DNA of 64,000 nt from Hydrolagus colliei (GCA_035084275.1 CM068755.1:4960001-5024000); one strand, 5' to 3'. Positions 12,801 to 25,595 are shown, numbered from the stretch's first letter. Notes: a model not told the origin generated them from the letters alone. Translations and numbers: made by a program.

Positions 12801-13119
12801 CTCCCATCACCGCTCCTCTCGACCTGTCCACTTTGGAAAAACAGGTGCTGCTGGTTTCTTGAATTGTAACGTGAGGAACTGGAGAGACTGGAATGAACTG
12901 GGATTATGTGAGAGGGAGTCATTGTAGGGGCGATTTACCAGTTGGTAAATGAAGGCTTTGTTTATATGACATGACGCTTAGCGGAGAACTAGTAATTGAA
13001 TGTCGCTATTGAATTTTCTAAAACCTCAACCTTGCTGGGGGGGTTTTCTGTAACTTTGGACATTTGCTTTTTAGCCTTAGTTAAACCGATCCTGAAATGG
13101 CAGCTGTCATTTTAATAAT

Positions 13120-13425
13120 ATAATGATAATAGTTTATGCATTTGATATAGCACTTTTTACCATGTCTTCACAGAATATATTGTAAAGTGACTTTAACCAA
13201 ACGCTGCAGCCAACTGTGCACAGCAGTGCCCCCCAAAGAGTTGTGGATTGAAAACCCCCCAATAATAAAATTGGTCACTTCAATCCAAGACTGTTTGTGG
13301 GACACTGCTGTGCTCCTGCATTTCGCCCACAAATATACAGTCACTTCACTTTACAGTGTATTCTATGAAGCACTTTGAGACATCTAGAAGACATGAAAAA
13401 TGCTATATCAAATGCAAGGATTATT
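13120..13425. mobile_element. Two SINE 3' halves joined head-to-head (fold-back)
   Basis: A minus copy at about 13135-13252 is immediately followed by a plus copy at about 13262-13425. Confidence 0.8.
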
Positions 13426-13479
13426 TTGATGATGAGTGACCAAATTATTATTTTCAATAAATTTTTTTAAACCAATCGT

Positions 13480-13657
13480 TACTCCCAGAAAAGTGATTCA
13501 CCAATAGAGAAACATCCAGGTTCCTACTTACTTGCTAAATAAACAGAAGCTTATGGAATAAAGAAACTTGCTCAACATTTCACACTGATCGGGACTCAAA
13601 CCCGGGTCCTCTCGCTTGTGAGGCGAGTGCTCGAACCACTGAGCTACAGGTCTCCAC
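13480..13657 (-). mobile_element. SINE subfamily B 5' part (tRNA-like head, different linker)
   Basis: The minus strand reads tggagacctgtagctcagtggttcgagcactcgcctcacaagcgagaggacccgggtttgagtccc; the linker is shared with 28510-28860 and 56185-56518. Confidence 0.75.
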
Positions 13658-15331
13658 TAGTAGCACCGGTTGGGTGGGGATGGGGAGAACTTTTTTAAAG
13701 GTCCTATAAGTGTGACCACAAAGTGGGAACTCACGGTAGATCTATGAAGGGCCCAGATGGCGCCGTATGTCGGTAAGTCCCAGCTCGTTTATTGCGGAAT
13801 TTTCCTGGGACATCCAGGGGACGAGACAATAATATAAAGTAGAATAAAGTATTTTATAGGTGCATTTTGTATAAATGTTTTGGAGGCGTGTTCGCTTACC
13901 AAAACCCAGTAATGTTGTGATATACTTTGAGATGTCCTCCCGACGTCAAAGGTGCTATTTTAAATAGAAGCTTTATTATAATTATTTATCGTGGGTTGTT
14001 GAGGGTTGTAAAATCATCGACAAGTAGAGTGTCAGCAGAGAGCGTAAATGTGAACGTGCGTGTGTGTGTGTGCATCCTTACCCCACCCCACTCCCTCTGT
14101 ACCATTGTTTAACCAGAGTGAAATGGCGACTAAGAGTTTATTGTCGGGCTTATTCAGACACCAGCTGTCACATGTGGTTCTTGCTGCTAGTTGAAGGTGC
14201 TGAGAGTGCTAATGCACACTTTCAAAGCCACATCCTTTCCTGCGTTCAATTCATTTTTTAATTCTGTGTTTAAGAAGAACAACAACAACAACAAATAACC
14301 AAACACAAACTGTAACCTGATCAGAATCTGTACCCTGCATCGAACGATTTCCATTCCTCCAGGTCATGGTTATGCACACACCCACACACACACACACACG
14401 TGTGTCAGAAAATCAATCCGTGTCCACTGTGCTGTCACACGGATGTTGCCCAGTTTCAGCATTTTCTGCAGGTTAAGGGATGCCTGGGTTTGTTTAAACA
14501 TACAAGTGCATGAATGGTCTTCATATGAGGATAATCGATCACTCCTGGACGCAGAGGCCATTGGCACGGTAATGGATTCAGCTCCATTACATCTTTGAAT
14601 AGAAGACCCTTTGCCGTGTGTCAGTCACAGCGGAGAGAGGGTATGGGGTAATGATTTTGCAGCCGTTTATCTTGATTCGATACTGGATGGCGTTTTACCT
14701 CTAAACAAAACCAGAGAGAGGGAGAGTGGGAGGGAGAGAGGAAGGAAAACGAGATTGGCAGCTGCTGTCTCCTTTGAGACCCTGGTAAGTCACAAAATGC
14801 ACTGACTGATCCTAGGATACAGTAGCTGATGGGATTTAGCTTTGCCTGGTTGCTCAAAGGGCTTTAGGCACTATAAAGTGATTGATGAGACCTGGCAGTG
14901 TTTACAACACCAGGGATTTAATGTGTCCGAGCAGTCCTTTAAATTTTGGGAGAGGTCAGTCAGAGGGATTTTTCTCCCACCTAAGTTGGTTTTATTGATG
15001 TGCCTTTAGTCAGAGTGCAAGCCGGGACAGCTACTGGTGTTTAAAGGAATTCTACTGTGTGAGCACGTGACGTGGGGGATTTTTAGAGATGCCCTGTGTG
15101 AGCTCGGGGGCAGGGTTATTGCAGGATTGACAAAAGGGGGAGGTGACTTTGCCCAATTCTCCAGCAAAGGGTTGTGCACATAAGACATCGTAATGGGTCC
15201 TATTGAAATGATTGGGCTACTGGTTAAATTTAATGCACTTCGACAGTGTGGGGATAACCCGTGAGTTTGTACAGCATCTTTCACATTGGAAGGATGTCTC
15301 AAGTCGCAGGATTTATCATATTTTACAACCA

Positions 15332-15644
15332 AATAATAATAATTCTTGCATTTGATATAGCGCTTTTCACATCTTCTAGATGTCTCAAAGCGCTTCACAG
15401 AATATACCCTAAAGTGAATTGACTATATATTTGTGGGCGAAACACGGCAGCCAATTGCGCACAGCAGTGTCCCACAAACAGTCATGGATTGAAATGATCA
15501 ATTTTATTATTGTGTTTTTTTTTGAGGGATTACTATTAGGCATGTGGAGTAAGGAACCTTGCTCAAGGTTTCGCCCTGACCTGCCTGGATTCGAAAAACA
15601 GGTCTCTAAGGCAAGTGCTCTAACCACTGAGCTACAGGACTCCA
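15332..15644 (-). mobile_element. SINE family A, full length
   Basis: Head, core and (ATT)n tail all present. Confidence 0.9.
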
Positions 15645-16329
15645 CTCCAATTTGCATGGCAGCAATGTCGCAACGTTCCTACCTGACTTGAAGGCTGCTT
15701 TATAAGTGCAAGCTGTTGTTGTTGTTCCCATGAACAGCCGTGAAGCAAACAACACATTTTTATCTGTAACAATTATGGGAAAATTATTGGAATTGTTATT
15801 CGTAACCGATAATCATTAAAACGGTGAAATAGAAACATTTCATTCCAATGCTGTGAGACTTTCCTTTTATTTAAAAAAACTTATCTGCGCAGGTTGATTG
15901 CAGCATTTAGGGCCCTTAAACTGACACACTGTTAATTCAGTATCAGAAGAATTGTTGCTATGATGCAGGAAATAAATCAATAAAGCTGGGCGATGCAATC
16001 CTCCACAGTAATAGGCTCAGAAGGAAATTGCATTGTAAAATATTATAACCTCTGCAATGTAAACATGGAACCTAAACCAAAAATCAATTGTGCTAAGGCA
16101 GTCATGATGAACACAGAGAGATTTGTGTGGTTGAGATTTTATATATGTTCAGAGGAGGGAAAGGAGCTTAGTCTCTGGACTTTAGATTTGAAGACAGACC
16201 CTAATTACTAAACTGCTGATTGCATCCATCATAATAATAATATTGCTTGCATTTGATGCAGCCCATTTCATGTCTCATAAAGTGTTTCACTAGATATACT
16301 GTGAACTGTAATGACTGTATGTGTTGTAA

Positions 16330-16670
16330 TTGCATTGTCAGTGATTTGGATGAGACCAGGTCCCCTCTGTTCAGCTAGACGTTAAAGATCCGATGACACT
16401 ATTCTGAAGGGGAAGAATCTCCCAACGTCCTGGTCAACAATCCCCGAAAGAAAATTAGTCATTCACTTCATGGCTGTTTGTAGGACATTGCTGTGGTGCA
16501 TTGAAGTGCAAAATGACTTGCTTTTCCCTACAAAATGTACAGCAACTGACCGTTACAATAAATCCCGTGGAGCACTTTGAGTCATTCTCCGAGGTGAGAG
16601 GTACTGTAGTAGGAATATATAGATATATATACACACACATTTATCAAATGCAAGGATTATTATTAATAAT
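16330..16670 (+). mobile_element. Older Deu-core SINE
   Basis: ggatgagacc...gacgttaaagatcc...gtcctggtcaacaatcccc...ggctgtttgtaggacattgctgtg, then the tail. Confidence 0.7.
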
Positions 16671-17777
16671 AATGAACAAGACACTTAAGCAAACTTCCAA
16701 TAATGGAAGAGATTTTAAATTAAAAGCCATCTCAGCATTTGACTGCGGCCAAAGTATTGGAGGTACACCAGAACAAAGAGATAATTTAGTAACGTTTCAC
16801 AATGTGTTGGATATGATACTCAGCATATCGATTGCCTTAAGAACCACCACTAATTTCACCCCAATGTCTCTTTCCCGTTTCACTGCGTCTACCCTGAATG
16901 TACAACATTCATTACAGTCTTAAGGTGAGTGCATTACACGCCGTGTCTCTGAAGAATTAAGGCTTCTTTTTTAATCTGCGCTGGAACAGTGCTCTTGGGG
17001 AAATGGAAGGGAGGTTGACGGGGTGAGCTTCTCTGACACATTGTCCCCTACAGCTGAACAAAAGCAGAACTCTGCACAACCGCTATTTGTTTATTCAGAA
17101 ATCCACATGGGACCCTATTGCCCTTTTGTGTGCCACCAATCGATTTCAGGGCCAGAGGAGGGGCCGGGGTTAATTGAGAGAGGCAGTGGCCAGGTTAAAC
17201 CAAACGGATGAAGTAGCCTAGGCGATTGGGGGGAGACGGGGGAGGTGCAGCCAGCTGTAAACAGGGGGCTTGCTTTGCTGTTTGTTTGTTACCCGAGGCA
17301 TAATCGCTTCAATCCACAATATTCCCAGAATAAGCATCCAGCTCATTGTGACTGAACACACCACCCAATCCCTTAAAGAAATGGGAATTTAATCCACCCT
17401 TTTCTTTCTGCTTTTGCTCATATCACTCGCAGAAACCAGGAACTCCTCACTAAAAGTTTGTGTCATTTTGTTTGGCTCACAAAGCCACAATCAATTCACT
17501 TTACAGTATATTTTGTGAAGCGCTTTGAGACGTCTAGACGACTTGAAAAGTGCAAATCAAATGCAAGGATTATTATTATTATAATTGTTATTGTAATGTT
17601 TCACACTTATTCAGATATTGATCCTCTGCTGACAAACCTATCGACCAAGTGGCCAATATCTATAACAGATAAGATGAAGCCCTGTGGGGAGGAAGAGGAA
17701 ACAGCAAGAATTTATGACTAGGGAACTAGTTGTCTTAGCAACTGTAGTAGCTGGAGTATGAAGGACTTTGAGATCTC

Positions 17778-18050
17778 AGTCCAGCCTGACACTACAATGC
17801 AGTGCTGGGGGAGCGCAGGATTGTCAGAGGTGCCACCTTCTGATGAAACATTAAATCAAGGTCCTGACTGCCTGTTCAGTTGGATGTTAAAGATGGCACT
17901 ATTGATAAATAAGAGTGTTTTCCCAGGTTTCTTGGCCAACAATCGCCCAGATAAAATCGGGGACACTGCTGTGGGACATTGCAAATTGGTTGCCAGATTT
18001 GCTTGTAAATATACATTAACTATACTTTATAGTATATCCTGTGAAGCTGG
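17778..18050 (+). mobile_element. Older Deu-core SINE
   Basis: ctgacactacaatgcagtgctgggggagcgc..gattgtcagaggtgcc..ttctgatgaaacattaaa...ggatgttaaagat: Deu-domain-like. Confidence 0.72.
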
Positions 18051-19347
18051 TTCCACAATTTTACCCACATTTGCTTGCAAACCGTAATCCAATTTTAATT
18101 TGGAAATAACTGCATTATGGATACAATGTTAAATTACAATTGTATTACGGTTGATTCTCGATGCACTAACAACTTCCATTCTGAGTCAGTGTGAGTAAGC
18201 TGATCTCAGACAAGGCAGTACTTGAGGTGTTGGAAATGGTCTCGGTTCCCCCAGGCTACGGAGGTGAATAATCAGCAAATTCCCAAACCCTAATCAGTAG
18301 CCTGACCAACCTGCTGGAAAGGCGTGTCCGTGGGTGTGTACAACACTTGTGGCTACATTCTGGGGGGGGTGGGGGGTGACCATTGGTGTGTGTGTGTGCA
18401 TTCAAGACAAGTACAGTATATGTGTGTGCGCATGTGTGTGTGTATGTGTTCATTCACACATTGGGAGAGCATCTATTTGTGTGTTTTTGTGTGTGTACAC
18501 TGGGTGATATGTGTGTGTATTCAAGACAAGTACTGTGTGTGGGTGGGTGTGTATACACTGGATGAGTGTTTTGTATGTGAGGAGGGTAAACGAGAAAGAA
18601 AAGGTGAGCATTGACTGGAGGCAGTTATCAGGAAACTGTTTTTCCTTGGCTTTGCGAGACGGCATTTGGGATTAGAATGATACCTATGCCCTACACGGCG
18701 CCACACTCGAGGTGCTGGGCTTGATAACGGAGGCCGGAAGGAACTCTGCAAAAAGAGAAGCTCAGAGTTAAAATTCTACCTGTGAGGCATTTCTGTTCAG
18801 TGCTTCTGTGCATCTGAAAGTTCCAGATTTTTATCAGTAGAGCTTTGATCAGGGTGGCGGCAGGTAGTGGGAGGGTGGGGGAGAGGGGGTTGGGGGGACA
18901 AGACCTTGATGAGGCTTCTCTCTGGTGGGATTGTCTTTGTCCTGTGTTTTTTATTACTGGCACTCAGGCTGCAGCCAGGATTAAGGAGGAGACTTGATGA
19001 TCTCTATTCTTCCTATGACAGTTCATCGCCTAAAGAAATGAAGGTGAGGTGGGCAGTCACCCCCTGACATTCCTTTCTAAATTGACCCAGTTTTAGTGAT
19101 CAGCCTCTTTGATAGCTCGCGGCAGCAGGATGGCGGGGGGGCTTGGGTGGGTCTTCCAAACCTGTAGAACTAGACTATAGACATGCTCAGTTAACTCAGG
19201 CTTTCGGCCCAGCAAGCCACAATGCTTGTGGTTGATTTTGGTTCCTTTTATGGGTTTTACAGTTCCTCAGCGTAACTTCTAGCTCTTCTGCAAGGCATAC
19301 ACACGCAAACACACATGCCTAGTTCATATGTGAAACTGGGCAGTGAC

Positions 19348-19904
19348 TAAAAACAGAAGTCTCTGGGAACATTCAGCAGATCAGGCAGCATCTATGGAGA
19401 GAGGAAAGTGAGTTAACGTTTCAGGACAATGACCAGTTCTGATGAAAGGTTCTGACGATGACCTTCCATCAGAACTCAGCTCCTGTAGCTCAGTGGTTAG
19501 AGCACTCGCCTTACAAGCATAAGACCTGTGTTTCAATACAAGCTGATCAGGGCGAAACCTTGAGCAAGTTTCCTTACTCTACATGCCTAATAATAATCCG
19601 TCCCCAAAAAACTGTTCATTTTCAATCCTTGACTGTTTGTGGGACACTGCTGTGCGCAACTGGTTGCCGCATTTCGCCCACAAATATAGAGTCAATTCAC
19701 TTTACAGTATATTCTGTAAAGCGCTTTGAGACGTCAATAAAATGTGAATAGTGCTATATCAAATGCAAGAATTATTATTATTAACTGGTCATGGACCTGA
19801 AACATTAACTCAGTTTCCTCTCACTATAGATGCTGCCTAACCTGCCGAGTGTTCCCAGCAACTTATGTTTTTATTTCAGATTTCCAGCATCTGCTGCATT
19901 TTGC
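19348..19904. mobile_element. Fold-back element resembling Penelope-type inverted terminal repeats, interrupted by a SINE
   Basis: Left arm taaaaacagaag...gttaacgtttcaggacaatgaccagttctgatgaaaggt is complementary to right arm accttccatcagaact/ggtcatggacctgaaacattaac...tgttttta. Candidate TSD ctgggcagtga (19336) / ctggacagtga (19908). The Penelope label comes from recalled similarity. Confidence 0.65.
19477..19782 (+). mobile_element. SINE family A, full length, nested in the fold-back element
   Basis: tRNA-like head with the ctcgccttacaagc anticodon arm; flanked by an AACT duplication at 19473-19476 and 19783-19786. Confidence 0.9.
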
Positions 19905-22900
19905 CTTCTGGACAGTGAATGTTCACTGGAAATATGACCAGGGAAAGGGTAGAGGCATCTACATAGGCTCACTTTCAGCAACAATTAAAAGTTAGTGATC
20001 AAAGATCAGGAGAGGAATCCCTGGTCCATTTCAATGGAATTGCATGGAATTTATCCCTCAGTTACTTTATTTGCTTACAAACGGCACACTTGACTGCCAA
20101 TTTCTTTTGAAATACTTTGAGGCACTGCCACAAACTCAACCAAGGCCATTATTAAATGTGGCATAACATTGTGAATAGGAAATTGATGGCTGCAATCATT
20201 TCCTATCATTTTGTGCTTTCAACGTTCTATATTGGGAGGGTGGGGGGAGAATTGAACCCACCGACTGTTTAGCATGGGGTTAGATTAGACTGTTTCTAGT
20301 TTCCCATTTGTAATGTTATGTCATGTTAATAATAGCTTTGAGTTGGCCGCATGGCTAAATAGAAATTGGGGTCAAGTGTAGTGACTGTGCGGTGTGTAAG
20401 CAAATAACCACGAGATAAACGCATGGCGACGAATTCACCAAACTTGTCAAAGGAAACAAAATAATGTTTAGTCCACAGCAATAGATCCATTAATCGGGGG
20501 TCACATGCTACAAAACAATGACTAGGGGTAATTTATATTTTGGGGGGTGGGGGGAGGGGAGTGGTGGTAATTTTACAAAAATAAAATGAATAGAGCATTG
20601 GATTTGGAAGGGTTAATACCGGTGAGAGACGCAGACGTGGTCGGGGTGGCAGAGGGCTGTCAAAGACGAGCAGGTCAGCCAGGAATCTACAGCTGTCCCT
20701 CGTATGAGTGTCCGCAGAACCCGGTTAAAGCTCGTTGACACAGTGGGAATAATCACAAGCCCAAGATTGATAGACATCTTGCTCCGCTTTATTTTATAAG
20801 ATATGATGAATGCTTGGCTCTGAGCCTGTTATTAGGTTGCCTTAGTTGATGAGAGCAAGAGGCAGATGCACTGAGCATTACCTTTTAATAGGAAATGGCT
20901 TTCTGATTGATATGGGGAGGAACCGATTCATTAGTCTTCATTTTGAATTCAAGCTATAGATGTCATGGTAATTGGATAAAGGAAGCCATCAGTACCTTTA
21001 GAAATGGAAGGTTAAAATGTTCAGAGCCCCCATTTATTCACTTTATGGTCAGGCAATGATGTATTATTGTCAGGCTTTCAGAGAATAGAATGGGCGGACA
21101 CAGAGCTTCAGGACTGAACTGTGACTCCATCACAATCACTTCAGTAAGCGAAGGTTTCAATAGGGCTCCAGATACCTTTTCTGGAACTGTGCCCCCGTGA
21201 AAAGAGATTTTATTGTAGGTTGCTTGGAATCTTTTAATTCATCCAGATTTGGATGGTTAGGATTCGAGGCTGCAATTGTCTTCAGTGACCCCTCCACCAC
21301 CCCCTTTCCTACCCCCCAACCTCCACCCCCCCACCCCCCACCCCCCTCCTCAGGTCAGACAGAGTGGAAAGTGTGAGCTCTGGGTAGTCATGTTGATAAT
21401 AATAATCCTTATGTTTGATATAGTGCCTCATCGCAACATCTTGTATCACATCCCATCAAGACATCTCGATTGGCCTCAAAAGATTTTTTTTACTGTAAAG
21501 TGTAGTGCCTGTGCATTATGTGGGTTGAGGCAAGATCGAGCTAGGTTGCGATACTGTAGATATCTGCCCACCATACCCATAGTCCAGGCTCAAGCAGAAG
21601 AATGGCAATATGAGAAGAGAACAGTCAGCCACTGTGAGACTAACATTCGAATGTTCACACCTTCAGAGTGGGGGGTAATGGGTGGGAGCATTGGAGGGGA
21701 GGGGGACAGAGTACGGAGGGGAAAAAATAAATTTTTACTTTCCTCACTTGAGAATTAACATTGAGATGGGAATAGAACTCAACTTTGACCTCCGCCTGAG
21801 ATGAGAGCAATTCCAACTATTTACAGCAGCACTTACTTTACAAGCCCAAGACAATCGGAAGTGAGTTGTGCCTGGGGGGCTGAGCATAGCCCCTAATGCT
21901 GCTTTACCCTGGGAGAGCCTAAAACCTTCAGCTACTTTCCGTAAAATCTGCCCTCGTGACAGCCTGCTTTGCAAACCTTCTGGATTGGTTTGGCTTAAAT
22001 GTTCCTCTTGACTCTTATCGTGGAGACATTAGCTCAAATCCTTCAAAGGCACAAATACTCAAGTGTCTTATACCATAAGGGTCCTTTATAAATCCTCCCT
22101 GCTGTTTAGCTTATCTTCCATTAATTCCTTGGATGGAAGAATGTAACCCTGTTTCTGTAACGCTGAGACACTGGAGCCATGTTCAATAGCTGTTGCCCTG
22201 GAGATGGAAGTGCTTAATACTTAATGATCTCCCAGCTTTGCACTGAAGTGATTCAGTGATATGCTTCTGTCTATGGTGTTATGGAAATAGAGTTTAGTAA
22301 GGAGTAATGATGGCGTGAGTTGTGAGTAGACATTTTTAGTTGCACTTCTCTAATGGATTGTTATTTGGTCCACAAAATACAGTCAATCCACTTTACAATA
22401 TGTCCTGTTAAGTGCTTTCAGATGTCTCAATGACGTGATAAGGTTTATATCAAATGCAAGGATTATTATTCTTATTGGCCACTCGGGTGTCTTGAGACCC
22501 ACGGAGGAACCTTATTGCCATGCTTAAGATTCTCCAAATCAAACTACTGAGGGCTTTGCATAAGCATGGAAATTCCTCTGTGTTTGGTATGGGGAGAGAG
22601 CATAACCCCATCCAGGGAGGATGCACCCTGCTTTACCTAATCCCGGAGAGTTTTAGGCATGTACCAAGCACTTGGGCACTCGTGTGCATTGGCAGGACTA
22701 TTGTAGCTTAACTATCTAAAACACGGTAGGTTACCTGGTGAGCTTCCCACAAGAATCACCCCAGTGATTAGGGCTTTGGTTTGCAGAGTTAACAGAAGCT
22801 GAAGAAATCCCAGCTCTGATACCCCCCCCTCCCCACTCCATGACTTCTCCCAAGTACTGCTGATGAGCTAAGATAGCTGGTCTGTTATCAACAATGCCTT

Positions 22901-24589
22901 GATGTACTGCGGGCCTGTCTGGCTTAGGAACTGGATTGCCAGGACCACCCCAAAACATTGACTTGATTCAGATATTCCGATCCACCAGGTTGATCCTCCT
23001 GCAAAAGCACTCGCTTACAAGGGAATGCAAATCCACTGGTCCCATGCACCCCAGTCATTAAATCATGGGAAATATAGCAGCCAAGACAAATTATATACAT
23101 GCATCACATACATCTAGCCCAGAGATGTATGGCTAGTCCAGTGTGTAATATCCTCTGCACTTTCCCGACTGTGATCAGTTAACTCGGCATAGAGTGGGAT
23201 CGAACTTGGAGCCTCGCCATTGTGTATGACTGCCGCTAGCCACCAGCCGGAGGTCATTATAGACCAGGCTCAATGGGCTGAACGTTACTTACCGGTATAT
23301 GACTTTACTGCACAGAATGGAATGGAATATGGATGTTGCCTTCTGACATGGGTCCCTTCAGCCCAGTGTCTTGGCTCCAGCGGCTTCCTTGCTAGAAATG
23401 GTAAAGAAGTCACTAATCGTTGAAATGTCACTTTTCGTGAGCTTTTAATCGAATGTTTGCTAGTGTTTGGTCTGCGACCCCCCCCCCCCCCCCACCCCCC
23501 TCCACCCACCCCCCCTACCCCCGCATAACACCAGGAGTTAGAGTTGGACTTTAAACAGCCTGCATTCCTCTATGGTTTTTGTGGCATGTTGTGTGGCCAA
23601 CTCTCCCTCACTGCTTTCTTCAAAAGATTTCCTTGTCAGGAATCTAGAGATTAATTTGACCTACATTTAAGTAGTGTATGTCTGTCTGTCGCTAATTGGG
23701 TTAGGGTCTGTTGTACAGACATAATACTCTGGAAAATGGCTCTAATTTTGATTAATAGTCTGTCATATTAGAGCTTCTAATTAGCAGTAACTAGTGAGGT
23801 GTTTTGGGGTCCGCTGGTAATGGAGCAGATTGAGGGTCTTTTAGAGTAGGCCGGAATGTGCTGAATATTGGTCCAGAATGACAGCAAAGGGCTAATAATG
23901 ACTGATAGACCTGCAGCCATTCCCAGGATAGAGCCGGAGTAGAATTACTCACCGGGAGAAACGAAAGGCCCATCGTGTCTGCCACAATGACCTCCCCTTA
24001 CTTAGCTGCTGGAGATTTCCAGTCTCACCAATGTCAATGTTAAGTTAAGGAACGCATTGGGAAATACTGCAAATTTTTTACCCCAATGTGCTCATCGCCA
24101 TTCTCTGCTTCAATAATTTCCAAAACATTTTTAACGTGGAAATATTGACCCCTGCTCCACCAACCCCAGAAGTGCTGAAGGCCAAAACTACTGCCCGACT
24201 TCTGCCCCAGCTGTATTTTGTAAACTTTGGCTAAGAAATACACGGTCACTACGCATACAGTAAATCCTAAAAAGCTCTTAGTGGTATCCTCCCGAAGTGT
24301 AAAGCGGTACATCGAATGAGACGATGGCTACGATTGGTTAACTCGGCGCAGATAGTCATTTAATAACGGAACTCGTGTCATTAATTTGCATCTGCTTTGA
24401 ACTGTTGCATATTTTTACGATTTCAAAAGCAAAATGTCTGAAACTGCTTCGCATAGTCCATGTCATCACTTCAAATCCACTCTAACCGCTGTAGTCACAG
24501 GATTTGAATCTGCGAGCTACCAGTCAGTATAGCTCAGTGTTATACTCGCTCTTTGGCTGCTTAATAATAAATTAATAATAATACATTAA

Positions 24590-24770
24590 TATTAATAATA
24601 ATCCTTGCATTTGATATAGCGCCTTATCATGCCTTCAAGATGGCTCACAGAGCGTCAGAGAATATACTGTAAAGTGAATTGACTACATTTTTTTTCTCTG
24701 GGTGAAACATGCCAGCCGATTGCACACAGCAGTGTCCCACAAATAGTTAGAGATTGAGTGACCCAATTAT
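24590..24770 (-). mobile_element. SINE 3' half
   Basis: atccttgcatttgatatagcgccttatc...gtcccacaaatag. Confidence 0.8.
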
Positions 24771-25349
24771 TATTATTATTTATTAATTACAAATGGAGAA
24801 AACTGAATTTAACAATTTCTCCCCAATTCTGAGTGAATTGGAATGTTTGGCTCAGTTACACGCTGGCAGGGTCACCCACCATTGGAGGGGGTCACTGAGG
24901 GAGATGTCGCGGGATGAATTTTACACACCCAGTGGCTGCCTTTTGATCTCAACTCACAGTGATATTGCCACTACGCCTTACAGAGCCGAGAGTGGGGTGT
25001 TGTCACCCAAGCCTCAGTCGGAAGGAATGCCCTGCTGCTTACCTGCAAAGCCTGTTGCAATCAAAATATATTAAAACCAAGGCTGTAAAACATCTCCCGC
25101 CTCAGACCACATTCGAAAAATGATTAAGCTGTGCCCGTGTGGTTTATGGCATCCTCTGACCCCTTTGATGTGTTTACAGCCTTGTAACATACTGCTAAGT
25201 ATCCTTTGTCCTGTGTGCAGTTGAACTTTACATGTGCCCCACTCATTTCGAGGTTATGACCCATAGTGTTTCTTACTTACGACTCAAATGTTTGCAACAC
25301 GGTCTCAGTAGACAGTTGACGACAGATGATAGCAGCTTTAATGGGTTGA

Positions 25350-25595
25350 CTTCTGCCACTGGCCTCCAGCTCGTCCCTCGTTCCCTTCACCCCACGCTTT
25401 CTTTCAGCCACTACGCCTCTAAACTCTGTCCTCAATCCCTCCGCCTTGTTCCCTCCATCCCGCTTTTCAAGTCCCACCTGAAAACCTTCCTCTTCGACCG
25501 CGCTTACGGCCACCTCCTACACTACCAGACCCATGTTTAGCGCTCTGAAACACTTCCAGGGATGCAGGGCGCCATATAAGTCCAAAATTGTTGTG
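25350..25595 (+). mobile_element. L2-clade LINE 3' end
   Basis: Encodes PQSLRL..SIPLFKSHLKTFLFDRAY, followed by an L2 tail. Confidence 0.75.

Noticed and set aside
12432-12922. Hydrophobic or His-rich ORFs (also 2588-2792, 18256-18665, 30100-30337, 43424-43757)
   Set aside because: Translations of CT, CA and TG low-complexity tracts.
22858-22890. CTGATGA-GCTA-aga-TAGC as a hammerhead core
   Set aside because: No GAAA follows stem II. The other CTGATGA hits (17840, 33488, 35493, 37357) also lack the architecture.
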